DNA of 64,000 nt from Planctomycetota bacterium (GCA_044222185.1 JBGANV010000003.1:288001-352000), one strand, 5' to 3'. Counted from the first letter of the stretch, positions 38,823 through 49,278 are shown. The notes: generated by a model not told the origin, from the sequence alone. Program-made: numbers and translations.

Positions 38823-40043
38823 ATGAGACTCTCAGTGGACGCGATGCTGTGCTCGGTGGTGATCCTGGGCCTGGGATTCGCGACGGCAAGCGCCAGCGCG
38901 CAAAGCGCGCCCGAACCGGCAAAGAAGTCTTCGCGCGCCATCGTCGTGATGCCGGAGGGTGTGTCCGAGGGAGTTCCCGTCGCACCGCTCCCCCCGAAAC
39001 CGCCGGCGCCACCCAAGGCACCGAAAGCCCCCAAGGCACCTGCGGCTCCGCAAGCACCGAAGGTCTCACAGGGTCTCACGTGGGACTTCGGCGGCAAGCA
39101 CGCCACGGTCGTCGTCGGAGGCGACGATATGCCGATACACGGCCTCAAGGTCCAGGTCGCCGGCTCGGACGACGAGGACGAGTGCGACGACTGTGAAGGC
39201 GACGACGATGGGGCCGCATGCGAGAGCTGCGACGCCGACGACGACGATTCGGACGAGGCCGACGAGGCTGGATTGTTCGAGGTCGTGATGTCGAAGACGG
39301 ACGGCGAGGACGGGTGCTGCTGCTGCTGCGGTGGTTGCGGGAAAGGCGGCAAGGCCAACCCGAAGATGATGATCATGCGCGGCAAGCACGACGGCGCGAA
39401 GGCCACGAAGAAGGCCGACGGCCACGAAGGCAAGCGCGTCATCAAGCGCACGATCAAGCTGGGCGGCGGCAAGACGGCGACCGTCACGATCGAGACCGAG
39501 GGTGACGGCAAGATCTCCATGGGCGGGATGCCCGGACGGCTCCGCGAGGTCATCGGCCACCCGCTGACGGATCACACGTTCAACATCGAGATCCCCAAGC
39601 TCGACCTGGGCGAGATGAAGATCGCCCGCACGGGCCCCACGGGCGAGTTCCACCTCGGCGGCGAGCTGGCCGAGCTCAAGGGACTGGGACCGATGATCCG
39701 CGCCCACGTCCAGGACGCGATGAAGGAAGCGCACAAGACGATCGAACCGAAGGTCCGGGGAATCCTGCGTGATTTCCACGCCGCACACGGGGGCGACGCT
39801 CCGCCGCCTGCCGCCGTCGAGCGACTCAGGGAGCCGCTGGTCGAACGCCTCCAGCTTCGGCGCGGGAACCCTGGCGAAAACGCGTCAGGTGCGCCGCCCG
39901 TCCCAGGCCGCGCGACCCCGCCGGCCATGGCCGACGGTCTGCGCAAGGACGTCGACGAACTCCGCAAGCAGATTCGAGAACTCGAGCGGATGGTCCGAGA
40001 GCTGAAGAGCCGGTTCAACCAGGATCGTCCGAGCAACCGCTGA
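38823..40043 (+). CDS. Exported low-complexity protein with Cys/Asp-rich segment and C-terminal coiled coil
   Basis: AGGAG RBS; signal peptide; PKAP repeats; CxxC pairs in acidic tract; CCCCC; terminal heptad helix. Confidence 0.7.
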   Translation: MRLSVDAMLCSVVILGLGFATASASAQSAPEPAKKSSRAIVVMPEGVSEGVPVAPLPPKPPAPPKAPKAPKAPAAPQAPKVSQGLTWDFGGKHATVVVGGDDMPIHGLKVQVAGSDDEDECDDCEGDDDGAACESCDADDDDSDEADEAGLFEVVMSKTDGEDGCCCCCGGCGKGGKANPKMMIMRGKHDGAKATKKADGHEGKRVIKRTIKLGGGKTATVTIETEGDGKISMGGMPGRLREVIGHPLTDHTFNIEIPKLDLGEMKIARTGPTGEFHLGGELAELKGLGPMIRAHVQDAMKEAHKTIEPKVRGILRDFHAAHGGDAPPPAAVERLREPLVERLQLRRGNPGENASGAPPVPGRATPPAMADGLRKDVDELRKQIRELERMVRELKSRFNQDRPSNR

Positions 40044-40144
40044 TCGGCGGACTCGGCGTGCCGGCCGGCCGGCATGCACTCGACCGGAGACGGCCGCTTC
40101 GCACGACGTGCGAGCGGCCGTTTCGCTAGGCGCCGAGGTCGCGT

Positions 40145-41716
40145 TCAAGCGCACGCAGCGGCTTCCGCCGCGGGAATCGGCAGCCGCACCGTGAACGTCG
40201 ACCCGCGCCCGGGGATCGACTCGACGGAGATCGTGCCGCCGCTGGCGTCCAGTTCCTTGCGGCACGTTCGCAGGCCGATGCCGATCCCTTCGAGCGGAGG
40301 CTTCGTCGTGAAGAACGGCTCGAACAGGTGTTCACGCACCTCGGCCGTCATGCCGCAGCCCGTGTCGACGACGTCGATCACGACCTGATCATCCTCCATC
40401 CGCGCCGCCACCGTGAGCTTGCGGATCTCCGCCGCCTTCATGGCCGCGATGGCGTTGTTCAGGAGGTTCAGCAGGACGAGTTGCAGCCGCTGCCGGTCGA
40501 TCTCGGGCGTCGGCAGTTCCTCCGGAACGACCATCTCGACCTCGATGTCCGCGGCACGAAGGTCGTACGTCTTCAACGAGAGCGTCTCCGCGATCACGCA
40601 CGAGACGGAGCTCGAACCACGCGGGCCAGCGGAGCGTCGCGCGAATCCCAACAGGTTCTGGATGATCACGCTGCAGCGCTGACCTTCGCGGAGGATGTCG
40701 TTGACCCAGCTCTTCTCCGGCTCGCGCTGAACGGCATCGCTGAGCGTCAGCACCTGCGCGAACCCGAGGAGTGCCGTGAGCGGGTTGTTCAGCTCGTGGG
40801 CGACTCCGGACACGAGCTCACCGACGGCGCGCTGCTTCTGTGTCTGGATGAGCTTGGCTTCGGCGCGGTCGCGCTCGAGGATCGAACGCCGCAGCTTCTT
40901 GTTCTTCGCGCGGATCGCCTGGTTCGAGCTGCGCAGGAGCACCATGTGGCTCGCGATCCCCGCGAGAAGCCCCACCGCCTGCAACGCCTCGGCGTCGAAC
41001 GGAGTGGCCGCGGCGATGCGACGCATGACGAAGACGAGCCCGATGGGATGGCCGTTCGCCACGAGCGGAACTTCAAGGACGGCGCCATAGCGGTCGCCGA
41101 GCGGGCCATGGCCACAGTGATCGACGATCGCCCCTTGCCCGGCGGCAAGCATGGGCAGGCCGCCGTCGTCGAGGAACCCGTTCCAGTTCTGGCACTGCGC
41201 GTCGAGCTGCGGGTCCTTGCGGTCCGCGCTTTCGGTGGCGGCGGCGATCATCAATCCGTCCGGACTGCGGAGGACGACGAGCGCAGCATCCGCGGCCGCG
41301 AGCGCCTCGGCCTCGGTGGCGAGGGCCATGTAGAGGTCTTCGAGAAGGTCCACGGATTCGAGCCGGCGACCCGCCTCGAGCACGGCGCTCAGTTCGCCCA
41401 CCTGGCGGATCAGGCGGATCCGCTCGGTCTGGTGCTCGATCGCAGCCGGCCGCGGGCCGCGGCCTTTGAGCGCGGCTCGCGTCGCCCACCACGCTAGCCC
41501 GATCATCACCGTCGCGATGCCGAGTCCCGTCACGAGGATCGCAGCGTCGTCGAGCCTGATCGCGACGACGACGGCGAGCGCGCCGACGGTGAAGGCCGTG
41601 AGCAATTGAATGGCGACGGGCGCGACGACTCGGGGCATACGCTTGGACGGAGGCGGCGAAAACGGCCCCGTCCTGCGCCGTGCACTCGATGGCGAAGGCT
41701 CAATGCTGGTCGGCAT
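40145..41716 (-). CDS. Membrane sensor histidine kinase with GAF domain
   Basis: Two TM helices; GAF; H-box 'VAHELNNPL', N-box 'NLLNNA', G1 'DTGCGM', F 'FEPFFTTK', G2 'GIGIGL'; start 41716 or 41638. Confidence 0.9.
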   Translation of the reverse strand: MPTSIEPSPSSARRRTGPFSPPPSKRMPRVVAPVAIQLLTAFTVGALAVVVAIRLDDAAILVTGLGIATVMIGLAWWATRAALKGRGPRPAAIEHQTERIRLIRQVGELSAVLEAGRRLESVDLLEDLYMALATEAEALAAADAALVVLRSPDGLMIAAATESADRKDPQLDAQCQNWNGFLDDGGLPMLAAGQGAIVDHCGHGPLGDRYGAVLEVPLVANGHPIGLVFVMRRIAAATPFDAEALQAVGLLAGIASHMVLLRSSNQAIRAKNKKLRRSILERDRAEAKLIQTQKQRAVGELVSGVAHELNNPLTALLGFAQVLTLSDAVQREPEKSWVNDILREGQRCSVIIQNLLGFARRSAGPRGSSSVSCVIAETLSLKTYDLRAADIEVEMVVPEELPTPEIDRQRLQLVLLNLLNNAIAAMKAAEIRKLTVAARMEDDQVVIDVVDTGCGMTAEVREHLFEPFFTTKPPLEGIGIGLRTCRKELDASGGTISVESIPGRGSTFTVRLPIPAAEAAACA

Positions 41717-43580
41717 GGACGCGGTTTCGTCCTTTCTCTTTCGCCCGGTAGAGCGCATGGTCCGCACGGAACACGAGCGCGTCGACTTCGCACGGGTAGG
41801 TCGTCGTCGAGGCCACGCCCACGGACACCGACAGCGAGAAGTCGTAGCACGACTCCCGCATGATCGATCCCAAGCTCTCCACTTGCGATCGAACGCGCTC
41901 TGCGAACGTGACGGCCTGTTCGGCATTGCACCCTGGCAACGCGACGATGAACTCGTCACCGCCGTAGCGGCCGATGAGGTCGCCTTGGCGGGCGCAGTCG
42001 CGGATCACCTTCGAGACGTCGCGCAGCATGCGATCGCCGACCTGGTGGCCGTAGGTGTCGTTCCACGACTTGAACCGGTCCACGTCCAGCATCACGAGCG
42101 ACAGCGGCCTGCGATAGCGATTGGCGGCACGGACCTCGGCCGCGAGACGTTCGAAGAAGTGACTGCGGTTCAACAGGCCCGTGAGGCCATCGACTGCGAT
42201 CCGTTCGGCGACGAGGAACGATCTTCTGCCGAGCTGAAGCGACTCCAGCGCCTCGCCGAACACGCCAGCGACGAGGCCGAGCGTGGACGCTGCAGCCGGC
42301 GTGAGCACGGGGCCGGGCTCGGGCACGATCACGAGCCCGACGGGCTTCTTCGCCACCTGCAGGGGCACCGCGAGCAAGCGCGTCGCCTTGAAGATCGAGA
42401 ACAGCCCCTGGTCCGGGGGCTGCGGATCGTAGATCGCCGCACGCCCCTCGCCGTGGACGCGCTTCCAGAACTCGTCCACTCCGGCGGTCGTCCGAGCCGC
42501 CTCCCCCAAGCGGAGGAAGAACGGTCGGTTCGTGGGATGTCCTTCGAGCATGCTCTCGCCGGGCTCGTCCAGAAGGAGGATCAGGGATCCGACTCCCGGC
42601 AGGTCGCGCACGGCTCGAACGAGGAGCCTGACGGCCTCGGGTTCGTTCGTCGCCTGGCGGATCGTCTGCAAGGCGTGCAACGTCGCCGGGGCAAGTCCCA
42701 CGGGCGGTAATTCGGGTGGAACGCGGTCGACGCTGACCCGTGCAAAGTCGCGATCGAGCGTCTCCAGGCTCAGTGACGGTACACCCAGGAGGATGCCGAG
42801 GATGAGGAGACCGTCGGCGACTTCGCGCGTGGCGCGATCGTGCGCCAGGTCGGCGAGGACCTTCACGCGCTCGGGCACGGACTCATCCGCCCCGGCGGCA
42901 TGGACGTCGTCAGGGTCGAGCGGCGCGAGAAGCGTCGCGATCCGATCCGCCATGACCAGGACGGATGCCAGTTCGACGACGGCCTCGGACTCCAGGGCCT
43001 CGATGGCCCCGTGATGGAGCGCGACGGCGCGCACGATGGAATCGGGAAGTCCGGCTCGGTGCAGGAGGCGCGCAGCGCGCAGCGCATGCCGGCCCTCCAC
43101 GTCGTGGCCGACACCGGGGATCCAAGCGGCGATGTCGTGGAGGACGCCCGCCGTGCGCGCCATGCTGACGTCGACCGTCTCGAGGACGCGAGCGAGCGTC
43201 CCGGCGATCAACGACGTCATCAGCGCGTGTTGGAAGAGGCGCATCGGCGAGCCGCCGCCCCGAATCGAAGCCGTCGACAAGAGGTCGCTGATGCCCGTGC
43301 GGAGCGTGTCCCGTCCCAAGACCTGGAGCGCCGCGGGAACGGCGCCGATCGTGACACCCGTCGGGGCGACGGCGCGGTTTGCGTCCTGCAGGAGCCTGTA
43401 GGTGAGCCCGGCGTCGGCCTGAACGAGGTCGGCGATCTCCGCGCTGCGGTCGCTCGTCTCCTCCAGAAGTGCGAGCACGCAGCGAGCGATGACGGGCATG
43501 CAGGGTACGGGCCAGCTCACCGCCTCCGAGTCGGTGAGGAGCGTGGACCACGAAACTGGAATCCCTCTGCTTTGGGTCAC
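41700..43580 (-). CDS. HDOD-GAF-GGDEF diguanylate cyclase
   Basis: HDOD ('DAGLTYRLL..AN', 'GVLHDI', 'HH'); 'DGLTGLLNR', 'DVDRFK..ND.YGH..GD', I-site RQGD, 'RYGGDEF'; start uncertain (43499-43658). Confidence 0.9.
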   Translation of the reverse strand: MTQSRGIPVSWSTLLTDSEAVSWPVPCMPVIARCVLALLEETSDRSAEIADLVQADAGLTYRLLQDANRAVAPTGVTIGAVPAALQVLGRDTLRTGISDLLSTASIRGGGSPMRLFQHALMTSLIAGTLARVLETVDVSMARTAGVLHDIAAWIPGVGHDVEGRHALRAARLLHRAGLPDSIVRAVALHHGAIEALESEAVVELASVLVMADRIATLLAPLDPDDVHAAGADESVPERVKVLADLAHDRATREVADGLLILGILLGVPSLSLETLDRDFARVSVDRVPPELPPVGLAPATLHALQTIRQATNEPEAVRLLVRAVRDLPGVGSLILLLDEPGESMLEGHPTNRPFFLRLGEAARTTAGVDEFWKRVHGEGRAAIYDPQPPDQGLFSIFKATRLLAVPLQVAKKPVGLVIVPEPGPVLTPAAASTLGLVAGVFGEALESLQLGRRSFLVAERIAVDGLTGLLNRSHFFERLAAEVRAANRYRRPLSLVMLDVDRFKSWNDTYGHQVGDRMLRDVSKVIRDCARQGDLIGRYGGDEFIVALPGCNAEQAVTFAERVRSQVESLGSIMRESCYDFSLSVSVGVASTTTYPCEVDALVFRADHALYRAKEKGRNRVHADQH

Positions 43581-43707
43581 GAAGCGCGGCTGCCCTTTCG
43601 GCGTTTCCGTCAGTATCGGAACGAACCCCGGCGCGCTTGACGTGGTGGAACACGCCATCTCGCGGAGGAATCACGGGCGGACGGCGTGTGCACTCGCAGC
43701 GCGATCC

Positions 43708-44730
43708 TTGGCCGAAACGGGGCTTTTTGGCACGCTCGCCCGCTCATTTGCGCCGACCGAAGACCCCACGAGCCACCCCCTGAAAGGACGCTTCACAACC
43801 CGCCTCGCCCCCTCGCCGACCGGCGCCATCCACCTGGGGAACGCGCGGACGTTCGGGATCACCTGGTGGTGGGCCCGCGCGTGCGAAGGTCGGCTCGTGC
43901 TTCGAATCGAAGACATCGATTCACCGCGCAAGAAGCCCGGTGCCATCGAAGAGCTGCGAGCCGACCTCGCCTGGCTCGGACTGGACTGGGACGCGGAGCT
44001 GCCGATCCAGTCATCGAGGCAATCCCGTCACGCGGCGATCCTGCGCGACCTGCTCGCCCGCGACCTCGTCTACCCCTGCGCGTGCACGCGGCGCGACGTG
44101 GAGGAAGCGCAGAGCGCTCCCCACGAGGCGCCCGGTGATCTCGTGTATCCGGGGACGTGCGCCCTCACGCCGCGTTCGCTCGATGAGGCACTCTCGCTCG
44201 GAGACCGCCCGGTCGCTCTGCGCTTTCGATCCCCGCGTGAACCGATCACGTTCCGCGATGCGATCCATGGGGACGTCACGATCGACCTGGCGTCTCGCAG
44301 CGGAGATTTCGTCGTCGGCCGGGCGTGCCGGGGCGGCGCGCTCGAGCCGGGTTACCAACTCGCCGTGGTCGTCGACGATGCGGATGACGCCGTCACGTCG
44401 GTCATCCGGGGTGACGATCTGCTGATCTCCGCTGCACGCCAGATGGCGATCCAGCGAGCGTTGGGGCTGCCTCCCGTCACCTACGCCCACGTCCCGTTGG
44501 TGGTCGGCGCCGATGGCCGCCGGCTGGCCAAGCGCCACGGCGACACGCGCCTTTCGACGCTTCGCGCGTCCGGCGTTTCCGCCGAACGGGTTTGGCGGTG
44601 GATCGCCGGCACGCTTGGCCGTCCGTTCCAGAGCGTGCAGGAGCTTGTCCACGGAGGGTTCGATCCGGCGTGGGTCCCGCGCGCTGCGGTCGTCACCCCG
44701 GCGCGGAGTGACGGCACGATCGCGATCTGA
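43708..44730 (+). CDS. gluQ: tRNA glutamyl-Q(34) synthetase
   Basis: 'RLAPSPTG.IHLGN', 'LRIEDID', 'YPCACTR', 'YQLAVVVDD', 'IRGDDL', 'RLAKRH'; no anticodon-binding domain; start uncertain. Confidence 0.88.
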   Translation: MAETGLFGTLARSFAPTEDPTSHPLKGRFTTRLAPSPTGAIHLGNARTFGITWWWARACEGRLVLRIEDIDSPRKKPGAIEELRADLAWLGLDWDAELPIQSSRQSRHAAILRDLLARDLVYPCACTRRDVEEAQSAPHEAPGDLVYPGTCALTPRSLDEALSLGDRPVALRFRSPREPITFRDAIHGDVTIDLASRSGDFVVGRACRGGALEPGYQLAVVVDDADDAVTSVIRGDDLLISAARQMAIQRALGLPPVTYAHVPLVVGADGRRLAKRHGDTRLSTLRASGVSAERVWRWIAGTLGRPFQSVQELVHGGFDPAWVPRAAVVTPARSDGTIAI

Positions 44731-44747
44731 CGGATCGCGGCTCCGAC

Positions 44748-45746
44748 TCACCGCCCGCGATAATTTCGGGAGCTGGCCAGTGCCGACTCGAGCTCGATGC
44801 GCTGGCGGGTCCTGCGAGCCATGGCGTCGGCGGGATCGACGGCGATCGCGCGATCGACCCAGGACAGCGCCTGCACGTACGAGTTGCGGCCCGAGTACAG
44901 GCTCGCCAGCTGGAGATGCGCACGCACCAGGTCGGCCCGGAACTCGGAGCGCACGGCCTCGACGTCGCGCGTCTCGTCCTGCGTCAGCGAGGCACCCCGA
45001 ACCGCCGCATCGACGCTGGAGAGGGCGGCGCCCAGGTCCGCGATCGCCTCTTCGTATTCGGCGACGGCCACCCGGAGGCTCTTCGCGGACTCGAGGCCGC
45101 GCGTCACGTGTTCGTGGCTCTCGGCGTGCTTCTTCTCAGCCGACGCGAGTGCGCGGCGGAGGTTCGTGCTCGCCGCGGTCATGGTGCGCGGCGGTGCCGT
45201 CGCGGCACGGCGTGCGCTCGCGAGCCTCGGCGAAGCCTCGGCCGCGGCGGGAGTCTCGGGGAACTCGGTCACGATGGACGTGAGCAGCCTCTCGAACTCC
45301 GGGAGATCCCCTCCACGGGACGCGGCCTCCGCTCGCGCCGCGAGACTCCGCGCGGCGGCCTCGTCGACGGACCGCATGGCCGACGTCACGCGGTCCGCGA
45401 GACGGGGATCGGCCTTGAGCGCGAGATCGTAGTGCTTGCGAGCCGCCGCGAAGATCTCGGCGCGCAGGGCAGCGTCACCGACGGCGAGCTGTGCCGGCGC
45501 GTCGCCTGCGGCCGCCTTGCCCGCCATCAGCCGGTACAACGTGCGTGGATGAAGCTCGGAGTACCGCACCGTTCGGCGGGCCTCGCCGCCGGTCCCCGAG
45601 AGTCTCACGACGACGGACGCGCCGTCATCCTTCACGAGACGCCCGGAGATCGCGGAGCCATCCGCGAGGAGGATCATGTCCTGGCTGAGCGCGAGCGGCG
45701 TCGCCAGAAGCACGAGCCCAATGGCGAAGGATCTGGGGTGACTCAT
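44748..45746 (-). CDS. Exported TPR-like helical protein
   Basis: Signal peptide; 'DMILLADGSAISGRLV' small beta domain; TPR helices; ATGA overlap with upstream gene. Confidence 0.7.
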   Translation of the reverse strand: MSHPRSFAIGLVLLATPLALSQDMILLADGSAISGRLVKDDGASVVVRLSGTGGEARRTVRYSELHPRTLYRLMAGKAAAGDAPAQLAVGDAALRAEIFAAARKHYDLALKADPRLADRVTSAMRSVDEAAARSLAARAEAASRGGDLPEFERLLTSIVTEFPETPAAAEASPRLASARRAATAPPRTMTAASTNLRRALASAEKKHAESHEHVTRGLESAKSLRVAVAEYEEAIADLGAALSSVDAAVRGASLTQDETRDVEAVRSEFRADLVRAHLQLASLYSGRNSYVQALSWVDRAIAVDPADAMARRTRQRIELESALASSRNYRGR

Positions 45747-45997
45747 TGCGCGCCCTCCTCCGGATGGACTTCGAGCGTACGGCAGACGCAGGTCTCGTGA
45801 CCGCAGTCGCGGCCGGTCCTGGCGCAGCAGTCGGGCGACGTGCAGCCGTAAAGGTCGGAGTCCGGGCTTCCGCAGCAGTTGGCCGAAGCGGTGGCGTGAG
45901 TCGCCCGGTCCGCGCGGTTCGCGGACCCGTCGTTCCCGGCGCACCCGGCCGCCACGAACAGGGCGGACAGGAACACCATTCGCGCGAGTGATCTCAT
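45743..45997 (-). CDS. Small Cys-rich lipoprotein
   Basis: Lipobox AAGC; 8 further Cys; ATGA overlaps at both ends (45994-45997, 45743-45746). Confidence 0.7.
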   Translation of the reverse strand: MRSLARMVFLSALFVAAGCAGNDGSANRADRATHATASANCCGSPDSDLYGCTSPDCCARTGRDCGHETCVCRTLEVHPEEGAQ

Positions 45998-48900
45998 GGG
46001 TTCTTTCTCGTCTCTGCCGCTCCGAGTGCCGCGCGGAGCCGTGTCGCCAGGTCCGTCCGCCCTGCCGTCTCGCAGGCGCGAACGAGCTGATCGACGGGCC
46101 TCCGCACGATCTCCATCGGGCGGCTGTCGAGCCCTTCGATGCCGCGGATCACCGAAGGGAACACGTCGCGCGCCTCGTCCTCAGGTCCACGCGCGAGCAG
46201 CGACTCACACAGCAGCGCACGGAGTTCCAGGACGGACGTCTCGCTGACCGGCGTCCGGACCTCGGCCACGCGGAGCGCCTCACGTGCCGAGACGATCGCG
46301 TCGCCGTGGCGCGAGCCCTGCACGAGCACGCGCGTGCGGATCACGAGGAGCGCAACGCGCTCGGCCTCATTCTGCGGAGCCACCTCGCCGTGGATCCGGA
46401 GCGCCGTCGTGATCTCGCGCAACGCTTCGTCGGTCGCGTTGCGTCTGCCGAGGACGGACGCCAGGTTCCCGTGGAACGTCGCCGCATGTGCGCTCGCGGG
46501 ACCGGCGACGGCATCGGCAATGCGGACGGCCTCGCGGAACGCACGCTCCGCGACGTCGTCTTTCTGCCGCCGGCGTGCGACGGCGCCGACGTTGTTCCAC
46601 GCGAGCGCTGCATCCACCGTGCTCTCGCCGATGCCTCGGCGCACGATCTCGAGTGCCTCCTGGGCCGCGCTCTCGGCCTCCTCGAGCGCGCCCACGGCGA
46701 GGCATGCAGCCGTCAAGTTCTGCAGCGGTCCGGGGAGACGAAGCCGATCGTCACTGGGGGCGCGTCGCAGCAGGTCGACGGCGCGGCGCGCGTGGGTCAT
46801 CGCTTCAGCGTAGGCCCCGCGTCCATGGCGCAGCGCACCGAGCGTGCTGACGGCCTCCGCGAGCCGCGGGTGGTCGCGGCCGTAGGTGGCCTCCAGCGCC
46901 GCGATCGCCTCTCGTATGAGCGACTCGGCCTCCGTTTCCCTCCCCAGGGCCATCAGCAGCCCGGCGAGGTTCGTCATGTCGCCGGCCAGAACCGGGTTCG
47001 TCGACTCGAGTGTCCGGCGGTGGATCTCGAGAGCGCGACGATACTCACGTTCGGCGTCCGCGAGCTTTCCGCGTGCGCGCAGGATCGCGGCAAACGTGGA
47101 GCTCGCCGACGCGAGGACGGGATCGTCAGGTCCACAGAGCGCCGCCAGGATTCCCATCTCTTCGCGCGCAGCGGCCTCGGCGTCGTCGAGTCGTCCGCGC
47201 ACACGGCAAAGAGTGGCGAGAAGCCCGCACGCCTGGGCCCGAAGCCGGCGCCCGTCGCCGGGCAGTCGGCGGGATGCCTCGATGGCGTCGCGAAGGCGGC
47301 GCTCCGAGTCATCCCATGCGCCGGTCCGTTGATCGACGGACGCCAGGTGGATCCTGACCAGGATGGAGCGCTCGCCATCCTCGCCATCCAGATCCCGGAA
47401 GATCGCGCCCGCACGCTCCAGCAGCCGTCGCGCCTCTTCGTAGTTTCCGTCCGCATCCTCCACCAGGGCGAGCGTGTGCAAGACCTCGGCGAGCTGCTGA
47501 CGATCCATCGCGGGCAGCTCGTCCATGATCTCGAGAGCCTTCTGCAACTCTCGACGGGCGCGATCGCCGTGCCCCAGGCTGCGATAGGCCATCCCGAGCG
47601 TGGCACGAAGGGTCGCCTCGGCCTCACGGTCGACCATGACGTCGCGGTCGAATCGCCGCGCGAACGAATCGAGAAGCTCGATGACGGTGAGGTTCTTGCC
47701 GAAGCCCCGGTCCGGCGTGCCATCCTTGAGGAGGCTGACCAGCAACGCGAGGACACTCTTCGCGCGCGCCGCATCGCGCCGCGCGGCGGTCGCGCTCGCG
47801 ATCGCCGCTGCCTTCTGCTCGTCCGCCTCGCGCCGCGCCTCGCCCTCGAGCTCGCGGAAGTGTTTTTCGTTCTTCTCACACGTCCGTGCGAACTCCATCT
47901 CGCGCCGCGCCGTGGCTTCCGCTTCCATGGCGCGATCACGCTGGTGATTGGCCTCGATCAAGCTGACGGCGGCGATTGCCAGTCCGCCGACGAGCGCGGC
48001 GAAGGTGATGAGCCCGGCCGCGATGAGCATGCGATGACGGCGCGCGAACTTCCCGATCCTGTACCAGGCTCCCGGCGCTCCGGCCTCCACTGGCTCGTTG
48101 CGCAGATGACGGGAGATGTCGTCGGCGAGGGCATCGGCGGTCTGATACCGGCGGACGCGATCCTTCTCGAGACACCGCATCACGATCCAGTCGAGTTCGC
48201 CCAGGAGCGCGCGCCGCAGCCCGGCCGGATCGACGCGCCGATTGTGCGCCACGGCCTCGGAGGTCGTCCGGTCCTCATGGCGGCCCGCCGTCGAAGGCAT
48301 GGCCAACGTCGCGATTCGGCGGCTCGGCGTCGGTGGGTCGACCTCGCGAATGAGCCGCTGCATTTCGGAGAACACGAGGCTCTCCAGCTCGGCTTGACGC
48401 AGCGGCGTCGTGCCCGTGAGGAGCTCGTACAGCAGCACGCCGAGCGAGTACACATCCGTCCGTGTATCGATGTCGAGCCCGGACATCTCGGCCTGTTCGG
48501 GACTCATGTACGCCGGTGTCCCCAGCAGCTGGTGGAAACCGGTCAAGTGGGGCTGGACCGCCGTCCCGTGGTTCACCGCCTTGGCGATTCCGAAGTCGAT
48601 CACCTTGGGCACGGGAACGCCATCGTGGATCGCGACGAGGACGTTGCTCGGCTTCAGGTCGCGATGGACGATCCCCTTCATGTGCGCGTGTTGGACGGCC
48701 TGGCAGACCGGGAGGAAGATCTCGAGACGCTCGCGCGCAGTCAGCCTCGCCTGGTCGCAGTACTGGGTGATCGGCAGCCCGCGAACGAGTTCCATGACGA
48801 AGTACGGGCGGCCGTCGGGAGTCTCTCCGGCATCGAGCACGCGAGTGATGTTCGGGTGATCGAGGAGCGCGAGCGCCTGCTTCTCGACTTCGAATCGCGC

Positions 48901-49278
48901 CGTGACCTCCTTCGAGTTCATGCCGGACTTCAGGATCTTCAACGCCACGGCGCGACGCAGGGGAACGGTCTGCTCGGCGAGGTACACGGTGCCGAAGCCG
49001 CCTTCGCCGATGACTTCGACCAGGCGGTACGGCCCGATGACGTCCGGGTCGCCCGGGTGAGACCGCGGCGTTCCCGCCCCCCGAAGGTCGGCGATGTCGC
49101 GAAGGACGGGCTCGAAGTCCACGGGTTTCTCGGCCCCGGCAAGGAGGCGCCGGACCTCGCGCGCGAGCTCCAGATCGCCGCCGCACCTCAGCTGCACGAG
49201 CGCCGTCCGCTCGGATGCTGGGACGTCTCGGAGTTCGAGAAAGAGGCGGGCCGCTTGCTCGAAGCGCGGATCGCTCAC
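45994..49278 (-). CDS. Hanks-type Ser/Thr kinase with TM helix and extracytoplasmic TPR repeats
   Basis: 'GEGGFGTVY', 'VALKILK', 'HRDLKPSN', 'DFGIAK', 'GTPAYMSPEQ'; TM; kinesin-light-chain-type TPRs. Confidence 0.93.
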   Translation of the reverse strand: MSDPRFEQAARLFLELRDVPASERTALVQLRCGGDLELAREVRRLLAGAEKPVDFEPVLRDIADLRGAGTPRSHPGDPDVIGPYRLVEVIGEGGFGTVYLAEQTVPLRRAVALKILKSGMNSKEVTARFEVEKQALALLDHPNITRVLDAGETPDGRPYFVMELVRGLPITQYCDQARLTARERLEIFLPVCQAVQHAHMKGIVHRDLKPSNVLVAIHDGVPVPKVIDFGIAKAVNHGTAVQPHLTGFHQLLGTPAYMSPEQAEMSGLDIDTRTDVYSLGVLLYELLTGTTPLRQAELESLVFSEMQRLIREVDPPTPSRRIATLAMPSTAGRHEDRTTSEAVAHNRRVDPAGLRRALLGELDWIVMRCLEKDRVRRYQTADALADDISRHLRNEPVEAGAPGAWYRIGKFARRHRMLIAAGLITFAALVGGLAIAAVSLIEANHQRDRAMEAEATARREMEFARTCEKNEKHFRELEGEARREADEQKAAAIASATAARRDAARAKSVLALLVSLLKDGTPDRGFGKNLTVIELLDSFARRFDRDVMVDREAEATLRATLGMAYRSLGHGDRARRELQKALEIMDELPAMDRQQLAEVLHTLALVEDADGNYEEARRLLERAGAIFRDLDGEDGERSILVRIHLASVDQRTGAWDDSERRLRDAIEASRRLPGDGRRLRAQACGLLATLCRVRGRLDDAEAAAREEMGILAALCGPDDPVLASASSTFAAILRARGKLADAEREYRRALEIHRRTLESTNPVLAGDMTNLAGLLMALGRETEAESLIREAIAALEATYGRDHPRLAEAVSTLGALRHGRGAYAEAMTHARRAVDLLRRAPSDDRLRLPGPLQNLTAACLAVGALEEAESAAQEALEIVRRGIGESTVDAALAWNNVGAVARRRQKDDVAERAFREAVRIADAVAGPASAHAATFHGNLASVLGRRNATDEALREITTALRIHGEVAPQNEAERVALLVIRTRVLVQGSRHGDAIVSAREALRVAEVRTPVSETSVLELRALLCESLLARGPEDEARDVFPSVIRGIEGLDSRPMEIVRRPVDQLVRACETAGRTDLATRLRAALGAAETRKNP

